Below, in pieces: positions 33,494 to 43,119 of a stretch of 64,000 nucleotides of DNA; position 1 is the first letter of the stretch; each line of letters starts with the position of its first letter. The notes under the pieces were generated by a model. That model saw only the letters and a program-made list of their open reading frames with translations. It was not told the DNA's origin and did no database searches. The DNA comes from Kiritimatiellia bacterium (GTDB lineage Bacteria > Verrucomicrobiota > Kiritimatiellia > RFP12 > UBA1067): positions 928,001 through 992,000 of the forward strand of contig JBMNFY010000017.1 of the NCBI GenBank assembly GCA_050949565.1. Reading direction: 5' to 3'. The translations under genes and the position numbers were made by a program.

Positions 33494-35201
33494 GACCAGT
33501 TCGCCGTCGTGTCGTCCGAAAAGATGAAGGGCATCAGCAGATATTCGGGAATCCATACGACGTTGCCCTTGCGCGCCGCCACAGCGAACCGCGTGCGCCC
33601 GTTGTCGAGTTCCGCGAGCGGCACGACGTCCGCGCCCGGTTTGAACGCATACGACGCATACGGCTTGCAGAAGCCGTCGATATTCGGATTGCGCCGCAGC
33701 GGAGTCCGCACGCCGTCCACGACCGCGACCATGTTCGACCAGACATCCTGGTTCTGGATGCCCCACTTCCGCGAAACAGGCACTTCGTCGTCCGCCCGCA
33801 TTTCCAGAAGATTCTTCATGCCGGAAATATCCGATGGATCCGAGCCGCCCACCACAAGAAGCCGTCCGCCCGCATCGCGGTAGCGTTTGAGCGCGTCGGC
33901 GCCGTCAGGAGCCAGGTGTCCGCTCTGCCCGAGGGAGATCATCACCGCCCCCATCTCCGTCGGCGGCGGCAGTCCCTTCGCAAGGTCGCGTGTCGCGATT
34001 CCCTTCACGGCGTAACCGTGGTCACGCAAGGTCCGTCCTGCGGACGCTGTGATCATGCGCCCCACATAGGAAAGCCCCGGACGCGCGAACATGCCGTAGG
34101 GTTCGCACACGAGCCCGACCACGCCCTTGGGCTGCGCGGGATTGAGCGTTTCATCGAAGATACCGTCAAAGACAGCCTGTTTCGCGGGATCAAGCTCGGA
34201 GAAGAGACGATCCATCTCTTTGCGGCAAGCCGCGTCAAACCCCGCATCCGGCAGGGGCGCGTCAACGGACTTGTGAGCCCAGCAGGTGGCCGTCATGTCC
34301 ACAAGGATGCGTACCTGCATCGCCACGAGTTCTGCCAGGGCATCTTCGGCCTCCGGACGCGGTGAAAAGGCGATCTTGCCCTCTTTTTCGGCCGCGTAGC
34401 CGGCCTGTCGCACAGCGTCCGTCACAAAGCCGAACACGGCTGCCTCAAATGATCCCTGCGGGACATGCGGCACATAGTTGCGCAATTTTTCGCGTACGCG
34501 CCGCACCACGGGGCCGTCCGACCGGAATCCGAACACATTCTTCGATCCCGGCTCCACCTTCTGCAACGCGTAGTCCACGCCGGGGAAACGCGAATACTGT
34601 ACAAACTGCAGAAGCGGCGGATGGTTGAGAGCGCTTTCATCCGAAACGGAATGTGACAGGACGGAAATATAGAACGCGGCCCGCGTATGCTCGCCCTTTG
34701 CGAACGCCCGCGCGAGGAGCCCCATCATCGTTGCACGCGCGCGCTCCCGATGCAGCCAACCCGAGTTCTTATATCCCTGCTGCGCCAGAATCGCCGCATC
34801 TTCTACGCCGACCCGCTCCTTGATCTCTTCCAGTGAATGATAGCCCCTTTTGCCATTCTCCCTCGGCCACTCCGTCATGTCCGGATAGTGGCAGAACGCA
34901 ATCAGCACGCCAAAATCGGAAAAGGTGAAGAATGATTGTATCTCGGCGGGCAAGGTCTCGCCCACAAGCATCGCCACCTCGTCATGCTCCACGTCCCAGC
35001 CCCACACAGGCAACAACGCTCCAGCCAAGACACATGTCAACGTCAACCGAAACCAAAACTGTCGTCTCATTCTCTTTCTCCCTCAGTTGACACCCATTAT
35101 GCGGGGAGGGGTAAAAGAGTCAACCCCGTAATTGGTTAGTGACAGGGGGTGCGAAGATCATGCGTTTCTGGGGGAACGGGGTCGTAGTTTGACATTAAAC
35201 A
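33461..35201. mobile_element. Single-gene cassette bracketed by 24-bp inverted repeats
   Basis: TGTCTAATGTCAAACTACGACCCC (33206-33229; +G variant 33461-33485) versus GGGGTCGTAGTTTGACATTAAACA (35178-35201), 23/24 match; no TSD seen. Confidence 0.65.
33475..35070 (-). CDS. Secreted protein: Zn-dependent phospholipase C/P1-nuclease-like N-terminal domain plus GATase-like domain, probably 3'-truncated
   Basis: Signal peptide followed by W-x-x-x-H (WDVEH), YPD, WLH and SHSVSD; stop codon lies inside the IR. Confidence 0.65.
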   Translation of the reverse strand: MRRQFWFRLTLTCVLAGALLPVWGWDVEHDEVAMLVGETLPAEIQSFFTFSDFGVLIAFCHYPDMTEWPRENGKRGYHSLEEIKERVGVEDAAILAQQGYKNSGWLHRERARATMMGLLARAFAKGEHTRAAFYISVLSHSVSDESALNHPPLLQFVQYSRFPGVDYALQKVEPGSKNVFGFRSDGPVVRRVREKLRNYVPHVPQGSFEAAVFGFVTDAVRQAGYAAEKEGKIAFSPRPEAEDALAELVAMQVRILVDMTATCWAHKSVDAPLPDAGFDAACRKEMDRLFSELDPAKQAVFDGIFDETLNPAQPKGVVGLVCEPYGMFARPGLSYVGRMITASAGRTLRDHGYAVKGIATRDLAKGLPPPTEMGAVMISLGQSGHLAPDGADALKRYRDAGGRLLVVGGSDPSDISGMKNLLEMRADDEVPVSRKWGIQNQDVWSNMVAVVDGVRTPLRRNPNIDGFCKPYASYAFKPGADVVPLAELDNGRTRFAVAARKGNVVWIPEYLLMPFIFSDDTTANWSGSWGS

Positions 35202-35840
35202 GCAGAAAGACGAAGGACAAGGAACAGCGAAATGATCGTTTCAAATTACCTGTCCCTTAGTTGCCCGTGTTTCATGGGCGGGACGCCCATGCCACGAGGG
35301 GTTTTGCAAGAACCTCAGACGAAAAAATTTGGAGTGCGGCGGCAAGCGGTATTCCGCGCGACGCCGCTTTTTGAGCAGTGTGTCTCCGCGCACAGCGCGG
35401 AGAGAAAGCGGTGCCGCGACCCGCGCACAGCGCGGCTCTTGTCATCGCAGATTTCGCCGCTGCAGGCGGCGTGACCGCCGCCGGTCAAGCAGACGCTTGC
35501 CCCTCCCAGTGCTCCGCGATGGAACCAAAGATCATCCTTCCGCACAGCGGAAGGCGGCTCGTGGAGACACTCGCCCTCCAACCTTCGCGTCTTCGCGTGA
35601 AATCACTGAGCGGTGCTCCCCAAAAACCTCTGTGTTCTCTGTGCTCTCTGTGGTTCCAAAAACCCGGGCAGTGCTTTTACTCTCGTCATTGCGAGCCACT
35701 GCGTGGTCGCAATAAGAGAGGTTGACTCGCGACTCGCGACTTGCGGTCGGCCCTGCCACCCCTAAAAACCTCTGTGCCCGACTGCGCACACACAAACCAC
35801 GCACTAAACTCGCAAGCCCCTGTCACTAACCGATTACCAC
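35202..35840. repeat. Mosaic of REP/MITE fragments and short tandem repeats
   Basis: MITE half at 35261-35316; GGAGTGCGGCGGCAAGCGGTATTCC module (reverse of ~50580-50630); reverse copy of ~32275-32395; CTCTGTG nonamers; GACTCGC heptamers; 35777-35837 similar to 32478-32539. Confidence 0.85.
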
Positions 35841-35857
35841 AAACCACACGAACGCGC

Positions 35858-35886
35858 TTGACGCCGTCATATAGCCGATTTAAACT
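35858..35886 (+). promoter_or_regulatory. Sigma70-type promoter
   Basis: TTGACG-17 nt-TAAACT upstream of a GGAGG RBS and the ATG at 35956. Confidence 0.6.
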
Positions 35887-35955
35887 ATATCTTGCTTAAA
35901 TCATTTGGCAGAGCTGTGCCGTACCTTTACAAGGTTATACACGGAGGGCGATGCG

Positions 35956-38900
35956 ATGAAGCGAACTGTCTCGTCTGTTTCGATGGCTCTTTTTGCGGCG
36001 CTCGTCACGGTGCCGCTGTCGGCCCGATCTGAGATTTACGACCCGGCCGAAACATTCTCGATCCAAAACGGCAATCCCAACGGCGTGTGGGCCTATGGCT
36101 GGATGGATACCGCCTTCGCGACATTCACGCTGTATGTGAACGCCGGCTTTTCCAGCGGCGTCAATCCGCACTGGTACGGGTGGGGCAGCAACTGGACGCC
36201 ATCGATCTGGCGGAATGACGCCAATCTGACCGGGATTTGCCAGCCCGGCTGGCTGCACCTGCATCCGGGAAACGGCAACCAGGGCAGCGTGCTGCGCTGG
36301 ACGGCTCCAAGGGCAGGGCATTGCCGGGCTGAGGGGCGGTTCCTTCCCAGAGATTACGGTACGATGCAGGTCGGCGTACGGCACAACACCGACTGGTTGT
36401 GGCAGGCGACGAATGCCGGTGCCTTCACCTGCGAGGTCGATGTCGTCAAGGGTGACGTTCTGGCTTTCACGGTTTACGGTGGATATAGCAGCGGAACAAC
36501 GCCGCTGAGTGTCCTGATCGACGGCCCGTCGGCACCGGCGACGCGGTATGTGAACGCGGCATCGGCCACGCCCGTATCGCCCTATCTGACGCCGGCGACA
36601 CCGGCCCCCGGATGCAGCACGGCTTCTCGGTCGCGCGCCTCGGCACCAACACGGTCGCGCTGCGTGTCACGGATCACGTCATGCAGACGCACGTCGATTC
36701 CTGCCGGGTGGTGCTGACCATGGGGCAGCCGCCGGTCGCCGAGATCGGTCCCGACCGTACGGTCGAGACCGGCTGGCCGTTGGATTTTGACGGGACGGGT
36801 TCTTCGGACGACGTCCGCGTGTCGCGCTATGTCTGGAATTTCGGCGACGGCACGACCGGTACCGGGCCGCGGCCGCGCCACATCTACCGCTCGGCGTCGC
36901 CGACAAACTACACCGCCGTGCTCACAGTGTATGACGCGGTCGAACAGGCCAGCGCACCCCGCACCGCCCAAGTCAGCGTGGTGACCGGCACGCTGCCGAG
37001 AGCGGAGACCGGCGGCCCGTACACGGCGGGCGCCGGCGGACCGCCCGCCTACTTCGATGGCAGCGCGTCGTCCGACGACCTTGATCCGGCGGTTGTGCAG
37101 GGCGTGGCGAAGTATGTCTGGGACATCGACACGACCGTGGACAGCGACGGTGACGGCATTCCGGACAACGATGTCGATCTCATCGGGCGGCGGGCGTTCC
37201 ACACCTACGCCGATCCCGGCACGTATCTCTGCAAGCTGACCGTGACCGACGCAGCCGGGCAATCGCACAGCGATACGACGACCGTGCAGGTCATGACCAA
37301 TCTGGCCCCGCATGTCATCTGCGTGCCGTTGCACGGCAACCCCGACGTACCGCATCTCGTGTACGCGGGCAAGGCCGTCACGCTCAAGGGCATCGCGCGC
37401 GATGCTGGTGCGCTCACGTATCAATGGGACTTCGGCGACGGCACGACTTCGGCGGTGGCGGCGGTGACGGATCAATATGTCATTCAGGCGACGCACACCT
37501 ACATCGGACCGCCGAACCGGTCTTTCACCGCACGTTTGACCGTGTGGGACGCGCAAGGGCTTTCCGGCAGCGACGAGTACCGGCTGGTGATGCGGCCCGA
37601 CACGGCGAGCACCCGCGCCGAAGTCGCAGTGGACGAGGCGCTCTGGTGGCTGCACAAGAATCAAAACCGCGAGGCCGGATATTGGAACAATCCGACCGAC
37701 AACAGGTCGGACTACCGTCCGGCCGCGGCGGCGGGCGCGGTGCAGGCGCTGCTGACGAACGGGCACCGTCCCGAAGGCGACCCGACGGAAGACCCCTATG
37801 TCGAAACGGTCAACCGCGGGTTCGACTACCTCTTCTCGACGCTCCAGACGCGCGCGATGACGTCTCAGCCCTACGGCGATCCGGACACCAACGGAAACGG
37901 CATCGGTCTGGAAGTTTACGCAAACCGGGGCTATCAACAGGGCATGGTCATCGATGCCATCGCCTCCACGCAGCACATGCTCGGCATGGCGCGCACCGGA
38001 GGATTGCCGGAGTTAAAGGTGCCTTCTACTTCGACATCGTGACCGACATGGTCGACGCGCTGATTTTCGGACAGAACGACAGCGCCGACCGCGGCGGCTG
38101 GCGGTATGACTGGAACTACGGCAGCTCCGACAACTCGGTCTCCCAATGGGGTGCGATCTCGCTACTGGCCGCGGACAATCACTTCTGCATCAAGACGCCG
38201 GCGTGGGTCATGGAAGAAAACAAGCGCTGGCTCGCCGCCAGCTTCATTGACGGCTACTACTGCTATAGGCCCACCGAACGGTACCCGTGGAGCGAAACCG
38301 TCTGGCACTCCACCCAGCCCTCGGCACTCATCCAGATGGCCGTCAATAACATCTACGTGACGAACGCCGTGTGGCACACGGCCGAAATGGCCATCGCCGA
38401 CAATTGGGACAGTGTCTACGGCAATGCCGCCAACCGCAATTATTACGCGCTTTACGCGGTGACCAAAGCCATGCGGCTGGCGCGCCCCCGCCCCGTGACC
38501 TACCTGGAGAAGACATTCATCGACTGGTACAACGACGATACCCGCGGCGTGCGGCAAAAGCTCCTGTCGCATCAGGCGGCGGACGGTTCATGGTCGGCCT
38601 GGTACAATGATCGTGGCTCGGCGCTCAACACTGACCTGTCGACCGCGTGGGCCGTTATGATGCTCACGCCGACGCTCTTCAGCCAGGCACCCGTACCGGT
38701 GATTACCGCGCCCTCGGTCTGGGGCTACGGCGAGCCCTTGACCGCGAGCGCCCAAAATTCGTTCCACATTGATTCTTCCCGACACCTTGTCTCCTACGAA
38801 TGGGATTTCGATGGCGACGGCACCTATGACTATCAGACCGCCGATCCCCTCGATCCGGCCGCGCAGTGGACTTACCCGGATCCGCATCCCGACGTTGACG

Positions 38901-39400
38901 GCGATCCGCCCACCACATTCACCATCCGCCTGCGGGTGACAGACGACAGCCTGCCACCCCAGACAGCGGTGAGCACGTTCACGCTGACGGTAGCGGAGCT
39001 GCAGTACGATGCGGACGGCGATGGCATCGCCGACGCATGGGAACGCACGTACTGGGGCGACCTGACCACGGCGACGGCATCCTCGGATTTCGACGGCGAC
39101 GGCTTCTCGGATCTCTCGGAGTTCCTGGCCGGCACGGACCCGACGGACGCGACCTCGCTGCTGATCATCGAGAATCTCGTTCCGTTCGCGGTCCAGGGAC
39201 AAGGCGCATTGATCACCTGGCGCAGCGTGCCGAACCGTTTCTACCGCCTGGATCGCTCAACCAATCTGTTGCTGGAGGGCGGCGGATTCATGCCGGTCAC
39301 CAGCGGCGTGCCCGGGCGGGCCGGCGCCAGCACTACGACGCTGACCGATCCCACGCCGCCGCCTCCGCCGGTCTTCTATCGCATCCACGCCGAACAATGA
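35956..39400 (+). pseudogene. Broken secreted PKD-domain protein with a prenyltransferase/squalene-cyclase-like alpha-barrel region
   Basis: Signal peptide; PKD motifs WNFGDG, WDFGDG, WDFDGDG; GGWRY..SDNS, QAADGSW; out-of-frame junction near 36590 and -1 frameshift near 38002; C-terminal DxDGDG..EFLAGTDP module. Confidence 0.8.
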
Positions 39401-39414
39401 AACCCGAAAACGCC

Positions 39415-39530
39415 TTATCAACTGAGGTTATCAACAGGTGATAATAACCCTGTTGATAATTCATAAGCTGTTGTTATGTAATAGGTTATAGGTGATAATA
39501 AGTTGTTGATATTTTCGCCCTTGTGGACAA
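39415..39530. promoter_or_regulatory. AT-rich cluster of DnaA-box-like nonamers (candidate oriC or DnaA-binding locus)
   Basis: TTATCAACT 39415, TTATCAACA 39428, TGTTGATAA 39451, TGTTGATAT 39504, TGTGGACAA 39522. Confidence 0.6.
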
Positions 39531-39590
39531 CCCCAGTTTTGCGGCATACTAAGGGGCGGTTGCTACAAACAGGATCTGTTCAACACCACA

Positions 39591-40145
39591 ATGGCCAATA
39601 TCTCCATAGCTTATTGCCGACAACTTGCGCAGGCACGGCGCGCCAAGGGTCTCACCCAGAGCGCGGTGGCTGAGGCGGTGGGCTGTAAGCAGTCGGCCCT
39701 CAGCATGCTTGAGGCGGGGCAGGCTTCCAAGCTCTCGCAGGAGACGGTTGAGAAAATCGCCGCGCTTCTTGAAGTCCCGCTGGAAACGGCGGCCACCGCA
39801 GCGCCGGCGTCGCCCGCCGCCGCTCCGGCAGCCGTGAACACCCGCGCTTACTGCCCGCATGCCGACTGCTTTTCCAACGTGCCGTATGTGGTGAACGGCG
39901 AACTGCTCTTCTGGCCGAAGCCTCAGGCGGACGGCCGGACGGGCGCCACGCACTGCGCGGTCTGCGGCGAACTGCTGGAGCGCCGCTGTCCGCACTGCGG
40001 AGCGGCGGTCACAACCGAAGGCGCCTGCTGCCCGACATGCGGCGGCGCGCGGGTTCTCAACACGCTGCCGCCCGAGACCGATTGCGAGGCCTGGGCGGCC
40101 CAACGCCGACGCGAGATCGCGGAGTGGCGTTCGTTGATCCTCTAA
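39591..40145 (+). CDS. XRE-family HTH protein with Cys-rich zinc-ribbon domain
   Basis: ARRAKGLTQSAVAEAVGCKQSALSMLEAG; CPHADC, CAVC, CPHC, CPTC. Confidence 0.85.
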   Translation: MANISIAYCRQLAQARRAKGLTQSAVAEAVGCKQSALSMLEAGQASKLSQETVEKIAALLEVPLETAATAAPASPAAAPAAVNTRAYCPHADCFSNVPYVVNGELLFWPKPQADGRTGATHCAVCGELLERRCPHCGAAVTTEGACCPTCGGARVLNTLPPETDCEAWAAQRRREIAEWRSLIL

Positions 40146-40157
40146 CCGGATGGCATC

Positions 40158-41099
40158 ATGGCAAAAAAACTGCTGATTGTTACAGATGGTAAGGCCGGAC
40201 ACGAAAACCAGTCCAAGGCCTTTTGCTCGGCGCTGGGATATGAATACGACTGCGTGCGCGCGGGCTACCCCACCCGCATCCACAAGGCGCTCTCTTATCT
40301 GGTCGACCGGATGGGCCTGATTCTCGACTTCCCCTTCACCATTGAAAAAACCGACGGCTACTATGCCGCCGTGGTCTGCACCGGATCGACCGCCTTCTAC
40401 CCCGGCAAGATCGCCGCGCGCCGCCGCGGCATCCCGGTCGCGGCGATCCTGTTTCCAAGCGGTTACAAAAAGCTGAACTTCGACTGCATCCTCGCGCCGG
40501 TCTTCGACCGCCCCCCCGCGTTTCCGAACATCATTCCGATCCCGGTCAACCTGACCTCCACCAACGACGCCTTTTACGAAACCGCCACCGCCGCGTTCCG
40601 CGAGCGCCACACGCCCGCCCGCCCGGCGGTCGGTGTGATCATCGGCGGTCCCAACGCCGCCGCCACGCTCACCCCCGACGCGCTCAAGCGCGACCTCGAC
40701 CGCCTCTTCGCGCTGACCGAAGGCCGCGAGCGCTGGGTGACCACCTCGCGCCGCACGCCGCCGGAAGTCGAAGCCCTGATCGCGGACTATCCCTTCGACT
40801 ACACCCTGCTTTTCAGTCGCGACACCTTCAACCCGATCCCCGCTTTCGTCACGCTCTGCGAACGGCTCTTCGTCACGGCCGACTCGACCGGTATGATCAG
40901 CGAGGCCGTCACGCACGGCACGGCATCCGTCGAGGTGCTGATGACCCTCAAGAACACCGCCTCCAAGTTCGGCCGCTTTCTCCACAATCTCGAAAAAGAG
41001 GGGGCGGTCCACTTCTTTGACGGCACGCTCGGAGACGCCGCCCGCAAGGTTGATCTGACACCGGCCTTCGAGCGCGCCCGCACGATGCTCAAATTGTGA
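40158..41099 (+). CDS. ELM1/GtrOC1 family putative glycosyltransferase
   Basis: DGKAGHENQS, IGGP, TTSRRTP, VTADSTGMISEA. Confidence 0.85.
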   Translation: MAKKLLIVTDGKAGHENQSKAFCSALGYEYDCVRAGYPTRIHKALSYLVDRMGLILDFPFTIEKTDGYYAAVVCTGSTAFYPGKIAARRRGIPVAAILFPSGYKKLNFDCILAPVFDRPPAFPNIIPIPVNLTSTNDAFYETATAAFRERHTPARPAVGVIIGGPNAAATLTPDALKRDLDRLFALTEGRERWVTTSRRTPPEVEALIADYPFDYTLLFSRDTFNPIPAFVTLCERLFVTADSTGMISEAVTHGTASVEVLMTLKNTASKFGRFLHNLEKEGAVHFFDGTLGDAARKVDLTPAFERARTMLKL

Positions 41100-41106
41100 C
41101 GCTGCC

Positions 41107-42582
41107 ATGCGCCAGATGTCCCTCCCAGATGTCCTGCGCGAGAAACTCGCCGCCCTCCCCGACAAACCGGGATGCTATCTGATGCGCGACCGCAGGGGCA
41201 CGATCATCTACGTCGGCAAGGCCATCTCGTTGCGCAAGCGCGTGCAGAGTTATTTCCGTCCCTCGACACTGCGTAACGCCCCGCCCAAACTGCGCAGCAT
41301 GGTCCACAGCGTGGCCGACCTCGAAACCATCACCGTGCGCAACGAGGCCGAAGCGCTGCTGATGGAAAGCAACCTGATCAAACAGTACCGTCCGCGCTTC
41401 AACATTGTCTTGCGTGACGACAAACGCTACCTCGCCCTGCGCGCCGATCCGCGCGACCCCGTGCCGCGCCTGACCACCTGCCGCATCCTGCGGGATGACG
41501 GCGCGCTCTATTTCGGGCCTTTTCCCTCTGCTGCAGTCGTCCGCACGGTTCTCGACTTCACCGAGAAGCGCTACGGCCTGCGCAAGTGTACGCCGATCCA
41601 ACCGGACGCCGAGACCTACCACCACTGCATCAACGACATCATCCGCTTCTGCTCCGCGCCCTGCATCGGCCGCATCTCCCCTGCCGAATACCGCAGCCGC
41701 TTCGACGAAGCGTGCGCCTTCCTGCGCGGCGAACGGCTCGACGTGATTGAAGAGGTTAAAGCGCGCATGCAGGAGGCGGCCGACGAACACGAATTTGAAA
41801 AAGCCGCCGCCCTGCGCGACACTTGGATCGCCCTGCGCGAGATGGTCAAGCAGCGCGTGCGTGTTGTCGCCACCCCCGAGATGCACGCGGCGGACGCACG
41901 CGCCGGTATCTGCGGCCTGCAAAAGCTGATCGGTCTCCCTGCGCTGCCCACCCTGATCGAGGGCTTCGACATCTCCAACCTTTTCGGCACCCAATCGGTG
42001 GCCAGCATGGTTGCCGCGGTCGACGGTCTGCCCGACCGCCGCCTCTACCGCCGCTTCCGCATCCGCACCGTCGAAGGCGCCGACGACCCGCGTTCCATCG
42101 CCGAGGTCATCGACCGCCGCTACACCCGTGTGCGCGACGAAGGCAAGCCGCTGCCCGGCTTGATCCTGATCGACGGCGGCATCACCCAACTCCGCGCCGC
42201 GCGCGAGGCACTCGCCCGCCTCGGCCTCAGCCAAGTGCCCGCCGTCGGCCTCGCCGAAGAGATGGAAGAGATCGTGCTTGATGACGGTCGCCCGCCGCTC
42301 CTGCTCCCCCGCGACTCAGACGCACTGCGCGTCCTCACCCGCCTGCGCGACGAAGCCCACCGCTTCGCGCTCAGCTACCACCGCCGTCTGCGCAACCGCC
42401 TCATCCGCGAATCCGTGCTCGACGATATCCCCGGCATCGGCCCCGCCAAAAAGGCGCTACTGCTCAAGCGCTTCGGCTCCGTCTACCGCCTTGCCCGCGC
42501 CACCGCCGAAGAGATCCAGACCGTCCCCGGTATCGACCGCGTCATGGCCGAAGCCGTCCTCAGAGCAGTGAAGCCAGGCTGA
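41107..42582 (+). CDS. uvrC: Excinuclease ABC subunit C
   Basis: GIY-YIG domain (GCYLM..IYVGKA), UVR domain, FDISN, LIDGG, RDEAHRFA, C-terminal HhH. Confidence 0.95.
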   Translation: MRQMSLPDVLREKLAALPDKPGCYLMRDRRGTIIYVGKAISLRKRVQSYFRPSTLRNAPPKLRSMVHSVADLETITVRNEAEALLMESNLIKQYRPRFNIVLRDDKRYLALRADPRDPVPRLTTCRILRDDGALYFGPFPSAAVVRTVLDFTEKRYGLRKCTPIQPDAETYHHCINDIIRFCSAPCIGRISPAEYRSRFDEACAFLRGERLDVIEEVKARMQEAADEHEFEKAAALRDTWIALREMVKQRVRVVATPEMHAADARAGICGLQKLIGLPALPTLIEGFDISNLFGTQSVASMVAAVDGLPDRRLYRRFRIRTVEGADDPRSIAEVIDRRYTRVRDEGKPLPGLILIDGGITQLRAAREALARLGLSQVPAVGLAEEMEEIVLDDGRPPLLLPRDSDALRVLTRLRDEAHRFALSYHRRLRNRLIRESVLDDIPGIGPAKKALLLKRFGSVYRLARATAEEIQTVPGIDRVMAEAVLRAVKPG

Positions 42583-42662
42583 GCGTTCTTGGTTTCAGGC
42601 TGCATGCAGTGCTCGGGATTTTTAACGCAGAGGCGCAGAGACGCAGAGATTTTTTTGGGGGA

Positions 42663-42757
42663 GCCGGCCTTGCGGGTACTGCGGGTGTGAGCGGCGTGGG
42701 ACGCCGCCGGGTGGAAGGCCGGTGCGGAGTGGCACCCGTAGTACCCGCAGAACCGGC
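42663..42757. other. Long branched stem-loop (structured element of unknown type)
   Basis: 42671-42687 pairs with 42733-42749 (16/17 Watson-Crick); inner hairpin 42691-42707. Confidence 0.5.
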
Positions 42758-42785
42758 AGGATCGGCAGTGCCGGGAAGCCTTTCT

Positions 42786-43084
42786 CCTAAAAACGGCAGT
42801 TGGGCGTACGGATTTTGAGCAAAGCCGCGTAAACATTGGCTTTCATCGCGATCCTCGCCGCACCTATTTGGTGCAGAACGCAATTTCTGATTGGAACCAC
42901 GGAACACACTAAACACACGGAAACAGAGCCATGCCTTTCCGTGTGTTCGGTGTGTTCCGTGGTTAAACAATCGATCCCGATAGCGATCCCGATCCCGATT
43001 TGGATGAAACCTTGAAACCATGAAACCTTGAAACCTTGAAACCAGAAACCAAAGAGAGTTGACGGTTCAACTGCTCTTTTTAGG
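42786..43084. mobile_element. 299-bp MITE with CC...GG ends (IS1380-like)
   Basis: IRs CCTAAAAACGGCAGTTG / CAACTGCTCTTTTTAGG (15/17); 5-bp TSD TTTCT at 42781-42785 and 43085-43089. Confidence 0.8.
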
Positions 43085-43119
43085 TTTCTATGTCACGCCC
43101 TTTCAGAAATACCTGTCCC

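Noticed and set aside
35127-35837. IS66-derived MITE (GTAA...TTAC ends)
   Set aside because: There is no 8-bp TSD and a third unpaired copy exists, so it is kept only as an unexplained IR pair.
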